Positions 1 through 13,589 of a DNA stretch of 64,000 nucleotides are shown here, one piece after another (position 1 is the stretch's first letter; every line of letters starts with the position of its first letter). The position numbers and the translations under genes are program-made. The notes beneath the pieces are model-generated. The model did not search any database. It was not told where the DNA came from and worked only from the letters and a program-made list of their open reading frames with translations. The DNA is from the human T2T-CHM13v2.0 reference genome, Homo sapiens, in assembly GCF_009914755.1 (NCBI RefSeq), contig NC_060930.1. The stretch is one strand, 5' to 3'.

Positions 1-19
1 CTGGACCGCTGATTAAGCA

Positions 20-237
20 ATGACTCTCTCTAGGCCCTACCCCCAGAGAGATTCTGATGCAGTCGGTGTGGGGTGGGGCTGCCTGGCAGGCATCCTAGTC
101 TTCAAAAACTCCCCAGGCAATTCACATATGCAGCCCAGGCTGAAAACCATTGGTCTGGAGTTAGGTCATGGCATCTGCAGATTTTTAAAAGCTCCACAGG
201 TAATTTTGATCTGCAGCCACAGCTGAGAGCTACCGCC
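20..237. mobile_element. MER5A/MER5B (hAT-Charlie) fragments, two adjacent terminal halves
   Basis: ccccagagagattctgat...aactccccaggcaattc..atgcagcccaggctgaaaaccattg, followed by a second aagctccacaggtaattttgatctgcagccacagctgagagc; both match the MER5 terminal motif. Confidence 0.7.
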
Positions 238-1084
238 TACACATCATGCTGCCTCTCTCTGGATTTTATAAATGGGAAAGCATTACTTTCTAAAAATAAT
301 TCTGTCAACAAGTATGGGAGTGTTCACCCAGGCACAGCAGCATACCCGTTGGGGGGATACATTATAGAAGAAACAATGGGGCCTGCTGTCACCTGATTTC
401 TAATCTGTAACTAGCTGAGTGCTAACTTGTTCTTTGATTTTTGTCTGTCATGGGCTAGTTGGAGAATGATTTATGAAACTAGCAGACCAGGAGCCTTGTT
501 TTGCAGCAAAGAGAAAGAGAATGAATGTCTTGCCTACTGAGCTAAGGGATGCCTTTTAACCTTTATGAGCTTGAAAAATAAAATCGTGCTAATGTGCATA
601 TTTTCACTTATGAATACATGAGAAAGAGTGGGGAATTAAAATATTAAAATACACAGCTTTCTGCAAGTTGTGAGAGATGGGCAAGAGGAGGAAGAAAAAA
701 GACGATGCCTGTATATAAACCCCACATACATTTCATAACACCTCTCATGATCCGGAAATCAGGGAAAATTACATACCATGGGTTTATGTGTTGTTAGCTT
801 TTAACATTTCCTAAAGTGAATTATCCAGAGTGTATCAGAAAACAACTTAATATTAGGGAGACATGTTCTTATTACTTTATGTAATAAGCCCAACTGAAAG
901 CTGATGCATTAAACATAACTGTAAAAGTCATTTTGCCATTATGTAATTATTATGAGCACATAAATAGCCACTGTTAAGAATCAAGGAACAGGAACACTTA
1001 AGAGTAAATTATTTTAACATTGGGGGAAAACTTTTTATATGCACCGTGAAATTTGTATGCAATTAAATAATAGATGCCATCTAC

Positions 1085-1280
1085 TGGGCACTTAACTTTG
1101 TGCCAGGCAGTCTTCAACATGCTTTTCACTTATTCTTCACAATAAAGAGATGAAATAGATACTACTATTATCATATTCTTCTTTTACAGAGAAAAAAAAC
1201 TGAGGCACAGAGGGGCTAATCAACCTGCCCAAGGACACACAGCTAGGAAGTAGTAAACCGTGATTTAAATTCTGATTTCA
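1085..1280 (-). mobile_element. MIR SINE
   Basis: MIR core ttttacagag..aaactgaggcacagaggggctaatcaacctgcccaaggacacacagctag. Confidence 0.75.
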
Positions 1281-2173
1281 TAGCTGATGGTATACATAAA
1301 AAATAACGTTTTCCTGATGCTGATGTTATGTTGTTTTAAGCAATTGCATCTTTTTCATTTTATGAGACCCTGACATATGGTAATCAGAGAAAACAGATTT
1401 CCTGAGGGAAAGTCACCATTGCTCATCCCAAACTTAATTCCACAAGCTGTCTTTTAGTTTCTACTACTAAACACAATTTCTAAAATACCTTTCTCACAGT
1501 ACTGACATCCAGAACAACAAATAGGAAAAGCCCCACTTATGTGTAAGCTACCGTGCAGGGCTGGAAAATAAGCCAAACACAGCCCTTGTATCCCTTGTCT
1601 TTAAGAATCTTTTTAAAAATGCAGACGGATCCCCTAAATTTAAAATCTTTCTATGACTTTTTCCTCTTCACATCCCAAGCCCCCATGGTGAGAGCCGTCA
1701 GGATTTGGCCCTCCAGCTCCCGTTCCTCCTCTCTCCCTTGATGGGTTGAGCTTCAGCCACACTGGGCTTCTCCAGAGCTTTGAATGCTCCCAGTCCTTTC
1801 TAAGGTGAGGGTTTCCACAGGCACTGTTCCCACCACCCCACAAGAGTTCCTCCTTGCCTACTCTTGCTGCCACTGGAAACTCCTACCTGCAGTAGATGAC
1901 TGCCCAAACATCCCTTTCCCAGGAAATTCTTCCCTGATGGGTGGGACCAGGTCCTGCCTCTCTGCTAGAATTTCTCACAGCCTCCTCTACTTTTCATTTC
2001 TGGAACCTAACCACTGTATGTGATCTTTATTTGTGTAGTCATTTGTTGAGTGTCTCTGTCTTCCATTAGGTTGCAAAGTCTCATGAGGAGGGGGAGAACG
2101 TGTTGGTTACACTAGTCCCTGCATCTAGCATCTGATATTCTACCACATGGTAGACTCCAAATACTTGTTTTAA

Positions 2174-2650
<477 letters not shown>

Positions 2651-3304
2651 TAATTTTCATGTGCCATTTATTTCCTGCTGGACCTTGACTGATACAGAGA
2701 AGAGTTAGACGGGCTAAAAAGAAAAAAGAAAAAACATGAGTGGTTCAGGCAGAGGCGTAGTGGTTCACAAAGGTGAATCCTCTTAAAAACCATTTTAACA
2801 TTGTCATCTAAATACACAGTGCTAGGCATTTACCTGAAAATTACACGCATATTTGAAGAGTGAACTGATCCCAAGTCAGATTACATTGTATTAGGAGATG
2901 AAAGGCCCAATTCAATTCTTGTGAAACAGGCTCTAAGTCCCAAGTGCATCCAGCTCCTACTGCTTGGCTAGATGGTGATGGTGGGGCGGGGGGAGGGGCG
3001 TGCCCATTTACCTAAACCCCCACCACTCACCAAGAAGAAACACTGCGGAAGAAAAGAGAAGAAACGGCAAACTGTGGATAATGTCTTCTGTATTCTAGCA
3101 GCATCTTCTGACTCCCTGCATACAAAAACACAGCCCCTCATCCCTGCAAGGACACTGCCTACTACTCCAGCTCAGATGGCCCCCTGGGAAGCAGCCGCTG
3201 GCTTCCTCCATGTGAGCATCTTCACAGTAGGAGCCAAATGAGACCAAAGTCACTTTTTTCATCCCCCCCAACCCCCACAAAGAATCTTAAACAAATAAAA
3301 CTAT

Positions 3305-3730
3305 TTTGGGGGGATTAAAACAACAGAAATTTATTCTTTCACAGTTCCATGGCTAGAAATCCAAAATGAAGGTGTTGATGGGACCATGCTCCCTCTGAAG
3401 CCTCCAGGGAAGAATCTTTGCTCATCTCTACCACCTTCCGGTAGTTGCTGGCAACCTTGTCATTCCGTGGCTGGTGCTGCAGCACTCCAGTTTCTACCTT
3501 TGTTGTCACATGGCCTTCTTCCTTCTCTGTGTGTGGTCTATGTGTCTCCAAATCTCTCTTCTCCTACGGAGACCAGCCACTGAATTCATGGCCTGCCCCA
3601 ATCCAGTAGGACCTCAACTTCACTTGATTACATCTGCAAAGACCCTATTACCCAAGAAAGTCACATTCACAGGTACTAGGGGTTAGGGCTTGAATGTATC
3701 TTTTAGGGAGTGTGATTCAACCCACAACAC
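3305..3730. mobile_element. MaLR LTR, MLT1B/C/D-type
   Basis: aaacaacagaaatttatt..cacagtt..ggctagaaatccaaaatgaaggtgttg, gattacatctgcaaagaccct, ending caacccacaaca. Confidence 0.85.
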
Positions 3731-4339
3731 TGCCTATGAATATAAAACCAATTATTTTCTTCTTTCCCCTTTCTCCTGTTTTCTATAAGGCATGTTGGTG
3801 GTGGTTCTTTCTTCTTGTTTTCTTAGTCCAGTTACAGGTGTGTCAATTTTGTTGGTAGTTATTAAATTTATAATCTAGCCTTTAGGTTATAGACTGTCTG
3901 GGTGGAGTTGTGGCTGAACTAGAAGCAGAATTAATATCTCCTAGGCATAGACATGGTAATGGATAGGATATTGCACCTTTCTCTTTTTCCTCTTAGTTGG
4001 AATAGTTGCTTGCTGTTGTTGTTATACATGGTGTTGCCATCCTTGCAATATGGAAGTTTAAGTAGAGTTTAAGTTTAAGTAGGAAGGTACTGAGGAACCA
4101 AAAGCAGATTCTTCTGGTTATTTGGGGGAGACTGGTGGGAGACTGCCTGAAGAAAAGAGGAGCCATCTTTGTTTTCTGCTTTTGATGGAGTTTCCAGAAG
4201 CTTCTGGGTTCCCACTCAGGAAACTGCAGCAGCACAGCTCCTGATGGAGCTCTGATTTTGGCTGTGGTAATGACAATGGTAGGTGACTTTGGATTCCTGT
4301 TTTCATTTATTCCTTTTCTAATGCTCTTTCTTTCTTTCT

Positions 4340-5510
4340 TTGGATCTGACTTTCTGACCTATATCATTTTTCTTTTTTCTGAAAATTTTCTTTGAATATT
4401 TCTTGTAAGGCAGGTCCATTTGTGACAAATTTCCTCAATTTTTGTTTGTCTGAGGAAGTCTTTGCTTCTCCTTCACTTTGGAAGGATAATTTCACTGGAT
4501 ACAGAATTCTATGTTGGTGGATTTATCCTCGGATATTTTAAATATTTCAATCTACTCTCTTCTTGTTTGCATAATTTCTGAAGACAGAAGTCCAATGTAA
4601 TTATTGTCCTTATTCCTTGGCAAGTTAGGTGTTTTTCCCTTCTGGCTTCTTTCAGGATTTTTCTTTGTCTTTGGTTGTTCTGCACTTTGAATGTAATATG
4701 CAGAGGTATAGATTTTTGGGTATTTATCCTGCTTGGTGTCTTTTGAGCTTCCTGGATCCGTGGTTTGGTGTCTGTTATTTATCAACTTTGGAAACTTCTC
4801 AGCCATTACTACTTTAAATAGTTTTTTTCTGTTTGTTTCTCATTTTCTTTTCCTTATGGCACTCTCATTATACATATGTTATGCCTCTTGTAATTGTTCC
4901 ACAGTTCTTGGATAATCTGTTTGATCTTTTTCTTTCTTTTTTTGTCTCCTTGCATGTTATGATGTGTTTTGATTTCTAGCATTTCCCTTTGATTTTTTTC
5001 TGAGTTGTCATCTCTCTGTTTACATTACCAATAAGCTCTTTCATGTTGTGTATTTTTTCCATTAGAGCTTTTAGCATATTAAGCAGAATTATTTTAAAAT
5101 GCCTGGTCTGATAATTCTCAAGACTGTCATATCTGAGTCTGGTTCTGATGCTTTCTCCATCTTTTGAGACCATTTTTTTTTTTGCCTTTTACCATACCTT
5201 GTCATTTTTTGTTGAAAGCTGGACATGATGTATTGGGTAAAAAGAACTGAGGTAGTTAGGCCTCTAATGTGAGGCTTTATGTTTATCTGGCTGAGAGTTA
5301 TCTGGCTCTGTCTGGTTGTGGTGTCAGAGGCTACAGTTTCTTCTAGTGTTCTCATTTTCATTTCTCCTGTTATCTTTCAGTTTTCTTAGCAACTCCTTGA
5401 ACAGGGTCTGTGGTTTTATTTTCAATACGTTCAACTTTTTCCTTGTTGTTAGAACAAGAGTGATAACTTTTCAATCTGTTACAGGTCAGGCTGAAATTTG
5501 GAAGTTCAGA
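4340..5510 (-). mobile_element. Old L1M (L1MC/L1ME class), decayed ORF1 region
   Basis: Minus-strand peptides MAEKFPKLIN.. and NMLKALMEKIHNMKELIGNVNREM resemble frameshifted L1 ORF1p. Confidence 0.75.
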
Positions 5511-5834
5511 TACAACTTTTAAAGTTTATTTTATAAAATCTGAAAAATACAGAAAATTATTAACTACAAAATAAAAATCACCAATAATTTTACTACCCAG
5601 AGATGGTGGGTGTATGTGCTTTCTATGCCTATAATGTGTATGTTTATGTGATATATGTAAAATCATTTTAATAGGATTATGCTATGTTGTGCATAGTTTT
5701 ATAACTTTATTTACTCACAAAACATTGTCATATATTTGCCTATTTTGACAGAAGTGCTTATACTTAATTGCTTATTAATTGCAAATATTGCAAAATATTT
5801 GGTCAAATGAGCATATCATTATTTTGCTTATTTA

Positions 5835-6085
5835 ATTGGAGTAATAGCAGAGAAGTTAAGGTCATAAACTCTGGAATTAGACTGCCTGGCTCAAATGCTA
5901 CTTCACCCACTTACTAGCTACATGAACATGGGCAAGTCATTCAACCTCTCCATGCCTCAGTTTTCTCCCCTGTTAAATAGGAACATCAAGATCACCTATT
6001 GCTTCATTGTTTTGAGGATTAAGTAGGATAACAAAAATTAAGAAGACACATAGAGCAAGCACTTATTCGAGCATTTATTGCATTT
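5835..6085 (+). mobile_element. MIR SINE
   Basis: actctggaattagactgcctggctcaaat..cacttactagc..gggcaagtcattcaacctctccatgcctcagttt. Confidence 0.8.
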
Positions 6086-6849
6086 CACTAGCAAAATTAT
6101 TTTTAAAATAATGCTATTTTGCATCTTGTTTTGGGTGTAAAAATGCAAAATATTTTAATGCATGCTACAATGCACTTACTCAGCAGTAATTTTCCTGGGG
6201 ACCAGGAGGACAGTATTAGTGTACAAATCTGGCTTGCCAGCTTTGGTTGTTTCTCCTTCTCATTTTATGAAATAAGGATAACAGCAATACTACATGTTCT
6301 GTCTTCTACCTGTGGAAAAACTCAGTCCTGATGACTTACAAAGCAAAGGATGTCAGAGGCCTGAAGGTTCATGCCTTACACCCAGAAACATGAATGGAGA
6401 AACAGTGGAGAAACGTTGGTGCTTTTATAGTTGAAATGCTAAACCAGACATTAAACTCAAACTCTGTTGGGTTATTATTGCATCATTTTCCATTCTAAGT
6501 TTAACAACAATGTCATATACAAACAAACAGATGTGTGAAAAAAAAACCTAAACTAAAAAAAATTAAAAACCTGAAACAAAAAGACACACAAAAACCAAAA
6601 CCCTAAACAAACAACAACTTCAAACTCTTAAAGCCATTTTTTTGCCCTCAAAATCTCATGGTTTCTTAAGCCATTTTACTTTTTGTATGTCATTAATTTT
6701 TCACTTATGTAAATTCTGTGTATTCTAAGAATCCTTTCATTTGTGGATTTTATTCATTGGGTCCTTGTGAGTGTCCTGTGGGGCCAGGCTGAGTTCACTT
6801 ATGTTTCCTAAGTGCTGTTTTTTGGTATAGTGCAGATTATCAGTCTTTA

Positions 6850-8120
6850 TAAGCATAAAGGAGACCACTGTCCATTGGATCCACCAGTTCCAACCAAAAA
6901 CCTCTGAGTCTTTTCTTCGTGTTTCCCTCCTTGTCACCTCCCACATACAATTAGCTGCCAAGTTCCTGTGCATTCTTCTGCCTCTGGAATGTCTTCCAAA
7001 TCCATCCCACCTGGTACCATTCTAGCACAGGCCCTGATTGCTTATCCTGTGGCCTACTGTAATAGTCTCCAAGCTGTTCTTCTGATTTCCAGCCTTTCCT
7101 CTTCAAAACATTTCTCCATGTTTTGGCTTTCCCAAAATACTAATCAGATCATGGAACTCTCCTGGTTAAAGATGAAACCCAAATGCTTTTGAATATCATT
7201 CAAGGCCCACTTATATTCCTAGTCACATTTTTCCAGCCACATCTTGTGGCAATTCTTCCCCTTCCCAAACTTTCTCCTCCCCATCCCTTGCTTCCCAGGC
7301 TACCCTGCCTCATACTCCAGCCCCACCATGTCTTTCTACTTCATCCTTCAAGGCCTTCGAAGGCTCAGATATTAACTTTTTTTGGAAGCCTTCTTCCACT
7401 TTTCCTCTCTAGGCAGAATTAACTGCACCATCTTTTGTGCTTTCTTAGTGTCACGTAGGATAACCGGCTTAGAACCACATTACAGAGCAGCTGTGCTTGT
7501 ATCTGTGAAAGAGCCAAATTGCCCCATAGAACCAATGTTAAGGGTTTTTTCTGAATAAACCTAGAAATTAACCTTCCCTGTCTTAAAACTTGAGAAAGTT
7601 ACAATTGTCCTATCTGAGTTCCTTTCTCAGGAAACCAACCATCAGGCCCCCCAGAGAGTATCGAGGAACTGAAACTCAGAAGATCACAGCATCTGGACAA
7701 TGAGATTCCAGACCCCTCACCCATCATGATTGCCTAACTAGCCACCTACTTCCTGTTGACTAACTCCTCTTCCTTACCCCTCCCTAATTCCTGTTTTCCT
7801 GCATATAGTTACACTTCTTCCCTGCTATATAAACCTCTGATTTTAGTTGGTCAGGTAGATGGATTTGAGACAGATTTCTCATCTCCTTGGCTGCAGCACC
7901 TGATTAAAGCCTTCTTCTCCTTCTTCATACTTATTGTCTCAGTGATTGGCTTTCTGTGCAGTGAGCAGCAGGACCGAGACTGAACTCCTGGTGTTTCAGT
8001 AACATCTGTATCCCCTTTTGGGTCTGAGCTCTAAATGCAGGGACTAATGTAATTTCCCTTCACTCCCCAAACCCGAGTAAATAGTATGTACTCAATAAGT
8101 GCCTTTTGAATAATTGGCAT
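6850..8120. mobile_element. L2 LINE remnant, interrupted by an LTR at 7506-8004
   Basis: L2 motifs ctactgtaatagtctcc, cagatcatg..ctcctggttaaa, and terminal gtactcaataagtgcc..tgaataa. Confidence 0.6.
7506..8004 (+). mobile_element. Solo ERV1 LTR (MER39/MER39B-like)
   Basis: TG...CA ends, 4-bp TSD tctg (7502-7505, 8005-8008), TATA-like ctatataaa near 7826, ATTAAA near 7903, ending gtgtttcagtaaca. Confidence 0.8.
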
Positions 8121-9179
8121 TCATTCAAGCCTAGTTTGAGATGCTGTATATTCTTGCAGGTAGTCACATAACTAATTTTGGAATTGAATGTTTGCTGTTC
8201 TCATTGTTTGTTGTTGTTATATTATACTTCTGCGGGCTCCAGTGATTGGAAATATGCTTCATTGGGGCAGGGCTATCGAGTTACTGCAAGGTCCATTTCC
8301 TTGCCTGCAAATGTCAATTCTTTTGCTGAGAGATACAGATATACATGTAAAATAACGTAAGTACTGAGCTGGAAGGATTCCTAGAGGTAGGTTGGCTTAG
8401 TGCTTTCATTTCATAGATGAGGAAACTGAGACCTAGACAGGTTAATGCTCTTGGCCAAAGTGAATGGAGGACAGAAATAGAAAAGAGATGTCATTTCAAG
8501 CAAGAGCACTTTTCATTAAATTAGAGCTTTAAGAAACAAAAGCTATGATTAAGACTTTTGCTAATTTAAATTACCCTTTTTCCCAGTTAGGCAGAATTAA
8601 GGAGCTCTAGCTGTTTACAATTTTTATTGTTGTTTGTTGTTTATTATTTTATTTTTGTTTATTATTTATTGTTTATTACAACAATTTTTTATTGTTGTTA
8701 ACTTCTGCAACTTTTATTAGAATACACAGACCTACAAATGTTAAGGTGAAAATGGATCTTATTATCTTTTCTCACCACCTATCATCAAAGAATTCTGGTA
8801 ATACATTAAGGTGAAGGAAGGTGCCCCTGAACTTGGAAACATCAGCCCAACAACATAAGCATCCATAAAAAAATTTGATGAGGCCAACTGTAAGAGTCAC
8901 CTAAGAAAGAATATCTGGAAAGCCATCAAGACCATTTGAAGTAACTTGGCTATAATTTCACGGACATGTGATTAGAATGCGATTTTTCTAATCTTACTAA
9001 GAGTCTTTAACTCTTGCTTGCTAAGAGTCTTTAAAAGAGGAAATTACAGGGGAAGAATTTTTGTTTATCTGGTATTATCCAAGGGCTAGGACACTAGATC
9101 TGAGGTTAATGAGCCTCATAATCACTAGAGAGGTGTACTCTACGATAAGGTAAGGGTGGTTCATTCACAGGGCAGTGAT

Positions 9180-9282
9180 TGTGCAGTGGCACGATCACAG
9201 CTCATTCCTGGGCTCAAGCAATTTTCCGGCCTCAGCCTTCTGAGTAGCTGGAACTATAGGGCTGTGCCATTGCACTCAGCTT
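9180..9282 (-). mobile_element. Partial Alu right monomer (FRAM/FAM-like)
   Basis: Reverse strand reads gctgagtgcaatggc..tagttccagctactcagaaggctgagg..gatcgtgccactgcac. Confidence 0.75.
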
Positions 9283-9575
9283 TTTTTTTTTTTTTTTTTT
9301 TTGAGATGAGTTCTTGCTCTGTCACCCAGGCTGGAGTGCGGTGATGTGATTGTAGCTCACTCCAACTTCAAACTCCTGAGCTCAAGCGATTCTCCCACCT
9401 CAGGCTTCTTAGTAGCTGTGACTACAAGTATGGACCACACACCCGGCTATATTTGTTTTGTAAAGATGGGGTCTCACTATGTTGCCCAGGCTGGTCTCAA
9501 ACTCCTGGCTTCAAGTGATCCTCCTGCCTCAGCTTCCCAAAATGTTGGGATTACAGGCAGGAACCACGAAGCCCT
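9283..9575 (-). mobile_element. AluJ
   Basis: Diverged dimer with J-type gggtctcactatgttgcccagg; poly(T) tail. Confidence 0.9.
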
Positions 9576-10020
9576 ACTGTTCATGGGACTTGCCTATGGC
9601 CTACATAAAAGATCTCTAAAGGCAGTCCAGCCATCCCTTTTTGTTCTGATTCTGTGTACCCCAAAACCACCTTTGGTTCCACATTGGCTTTTCTGACATT
9701 GGAAAGAGGATGATCTAGATGATACGCTTTAAATTTTCGGCCACAAGAAAGAAATAGCTTCTATTACAAACTTTTAACTTGACATTATAGTTTATGTATC
9801 AGTCTCTTATTAGGTTGATTAATATGAACCAGACCTCCTGAATCTGGGTGCACTGAAAAAACAAATGTCTACATCTGCAAAGTTGAAGACCAGACTTTGG
9901 AATTTTCTGGTTACCATAGGATTGGGTAGTTCGTGGTCAGTTTTGTGTCTCCTTTCTTTAACTTCAACCTGGATTAGTGTATTAGTTTAATGATTCCTTT
10001 TGACTTAAAATATAACTATA

Positions 10021-10324
<304 letters not shown>

Positions 10325-10343
10325 TAAACTATATTTGAAACTG

Positions 10344-10643
10344 TTTTTTTTTGGGTTTTTTTTTTTTTTGAGAAGGAGTCTTGCTCTGTCGCCCAGGCTG
10401 GAGTGCAGTGGCACGATCTTGGCAAGTTCCACCTCCCGGGTTCACACCATTCTCCTGCCTCAGCCTCCCGAGTAGCTGGGACTACAGGCACCCGCCACCA
10501 CGCCCAGCTAATTTTTTGTACTTTTAGTAGAGACGGTGTTTCACCGTGTTAACCAGGATGGTCTTGATCTCCTGACCTCGTGATCCGCTCGCCTCAGCCT
10601 CCCAAAGTTTTGGGATTACAGGCGTGAGCCACCGCGCCCGGCC
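10344..10643 (-). mobile_element. AluY-like
   Basis: ccattctcctgcc, caccgtgtta.ccaggatggtc, gacctcgtgatcc; TSD aactgtttttt. Confidence 0.92.
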
Positions 10644-10652
10644 TGTAACTGT

Positions 10653-10883
10653 TTTTTAATGATTCCTTTTAACCTAAAATATAGTTTAAGCTTAACTAAC
10701 CTAAAATATAATAACCTAAAATATAGTTAACCTAAAATATAGTTTACCTATATTTCACCTATATGTTACCTATATTTACCTATATATTACCTATATTTAC
10801 CTATATATTTTACCTATATTATAATTAACCTAAAATATAGTTAAGCTTGAACTATATTTTAGGTTAAAAGGAATCATTAAAAA
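10653..10883. repeat. 46-bp inverted repeat enclosing an AT-rich minisatellite
   Basis: 10653-10698 is the reverse complement of 10838-10883 with 1 mismatch; spacer made of aacctaaaatata(gtt) and acctatattt units. Confidence 0.95.
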
Positions 10884-11386
10884 TTATGATAAAGGGAATT
10901 TGTTCCCAAACCAAGTTGTATTTTAATTAGAAATGTATATATTCTGCTACTCTCTCTTTCTTCTTCCACAGGACCCAAATTTGAAGCTGCTTCTCAGAGT
11001 ACTGGGAATGGGTTTCAGGAGTCCCAAGAAAATTGCTCTCTCTAGTCACTGAGAATGGGGAGCAGGAGGACTGAGCTCTTTGAACTAGTCACTTACGGTC
11101 TGCATCCCTGCTCCCCACTGTCCTTACACAAATATCGTTTGTAATGTGTTATAATAGGAAAAAGCGTTGAGAAGCACTGGTCACCAATTTTAACTTACAA
11201 GAGAAGGGGAAGCACTACATCCCACAGTTAGTTGTCTGGCCACAGCAATGCCCAAAATGGCAGGGCAGATGGCAGCATTTTTCTCCAGAATTCCTGTTGG
11301 TTTGAGTTTGGAAACCCTAGGTTAGGCCTTTATGCTGCTACCTCTTATTGCAGTGTATCTGTGTTGGGCTTAGTTTTCCAACATCA

Positions 11387-11657
<271 letters not shown>

Positions 11658-11897
11658 AATTAAACCTCTACTCCCAGGGAAGGGAAAGCTGTAGGCACCA
11701 AATACTGTTTTTCCCCCCAACAAACACAGATCTCTGAGACTCTCAACTTTGCAAAAGAGCCCGTGGTGTGTCACATGCCAAGACTGAGGAGGCTTGTTTC
11801 TGGGCACACATGCTAAAGACCACAGACAAAATCGTTTCCACATGTGCTTCTGTGGTGTTATCTTCCGTTTTTTAGAATGTTTTCCAAAAACAGAGCA

Positions 11898-11928
11898 AAT
11901 GAATGAATGAATGAATGAATGAATGAAT
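11898..11928. repeat. (GAAT)n microsatellite
   Basis: Direct reading. Confidence 0.95.
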
Positions 11929-13158
11929 AAATATAAGAAAACCTCCTGGGCATTGAAATATGCTATGTAAATTCCACAATGCTTTTATTAGACAATAATA
12001 TCTGTGGCTGATGCATCCAGGTTTGTTCCAACAACTAAACTGGACAGGAAAAAAAAAGCTGTCTTTTGGACAAGAATTAGACTACAACCAACCACATAGA
12101 AAATTCTCCCTTGAAAAGGTTCACTTTTAAATTTTTTTAGGTCTCCATAAATAGAGCTTTATGAGGAGAATTTCCAGAAGGCTTTAGTGAAATTACAAGT
12201 ACGAATTAGAACCATATAACCTAACACTGGATAATCATATACCAGGAAAAGGATGACTGTTCTTTAGGGAATTGTCTTTTATCATTTTCTAGTTTGGATT
12301 ATATATTACCATTACCTATCTACCTATACTAAAAGCTACAATTATTTTTATTTTATATATAATTTACCAAATGTATAGTACACTAAATTTTATGTGTAGC
12401 ATAGAATTACAGCAGTGATTCTCTTTCTGAATAATACCAGGGCTAGTGCTTTCTGCTGCCTTTACTGTTTTAGCCCAGGGTAGAAACATTCCATTCATAC
12501 ACAGATAACCTCATCTCCAAATAATCAAAATGGTTTACTCTATGTAAGATATATATTTATGGAGAGAGACAGTGAGAATGAACGCAAGAGCATGAGCAAG
12601 AGAGAGAGGGAAAACAACTGGAAATGGGGTTCCCTTGAAAGAAGATTCCAAAGTCTCAGTAAGTATTTTTGCCACCTTTCTAGGCGCACCGATGCAGAAC
12701 TACAGTAAACTTAAGGAAAAAGCAAAAGCACTGAAGTTGTGAAAAGGATGATGCAATTGGCACCATGGAAAGACCCCTTGAAGCTAGAATCCAATTAAGT
12801 CAGTTTCAAGTCCAAGATCTCCATTTATTGGACCTACAACTTTAGAGTTTCATTAAAAATCTCCAAGCACCATTTTTTGTCTTGAGCAAAAAGTGTTAAG
12901 ATCTTAATATTAGTATTAAAATCTTAATATTAATATTAAGACATTAATATAAAACAGTCGAGATATAACCCCCTCCTATTTCACAAAGTTATTGTGACAC
13001 TTGAATGAATGAATGCTATAAAGTTGTTTTGTCTACCATGACAAGAAGGCATTATTTAACTTAAAAAGCAAGCAAGCAAACAACTGCAGTTTCTTGAGCA
13101 TCTACAAGCGCCAGGCATTGTATCAGATTCTTTGCATGCATTTTTGCTCTTCACAACA

Positions 13159-13257
13159 CCTCCCGCCTCAGCCTCCCAAAGTGCTGGGATTACAGGTGAG
13201 AATCCCAGCCAAAATGCACCTGGACAAAATGATCATTTTTTAAGTTGATGATAAACT
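13159..13257 (-). repeat. 99-bp inverted duplicate of 14706-14804
   Basis: Manual alignment gives 5 mismatches, no gaps, and includes non-Alu flank. Confidence 0.95.
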
Positions 13258-13269
13258 ACTTAAAAATAG

Positions 13270-13562
13270 AGCTGGGTGCGGTGGCTCATGCCTGTAATCC
13301 CAGCACTTTGGGAGGCTGAGGCGGGCGGATCACTATGTCAGGAGTTCAAGACCAGCCTGGCCAAAATGGTGAAACCCCATCTCTACTAAAAATACAACAA
13401 TTAGCTGGGCATGGTGGCGTGTGCCTTTAATTCCAGCTACTCAGGGGGCTGAGGCAGGAGAATTACTTGAAACCAGGAGGCGGAGGCTGCAGTGAGATTG
13501 TGCCACTGCACTCCAGCCTGGGTGACAGAGCAAGACACAGTCTCAAAAACAAAAACAAAAAA
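13270..13562 (+). mobile_element. AluS
   Basis: Full dimer with (CAAAAA)n tail. Confidence 0.95.
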
Positions 13563-13589
13563 TGTTTTTAAGTAGTTACCCCGGTGAAG

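Noticed and set aside
2978-3005. GC-box cluster as a promoter
   Set aside because: Isolated motif with no CpG island or downstream exon evidence.
10690-10840. Repeat array as a CRISPR-like or novel MITE structure
   Set aside because: No unique spacers, no cas genes, eukaryotic context, no TSD; the units derive from adjacent sequence.
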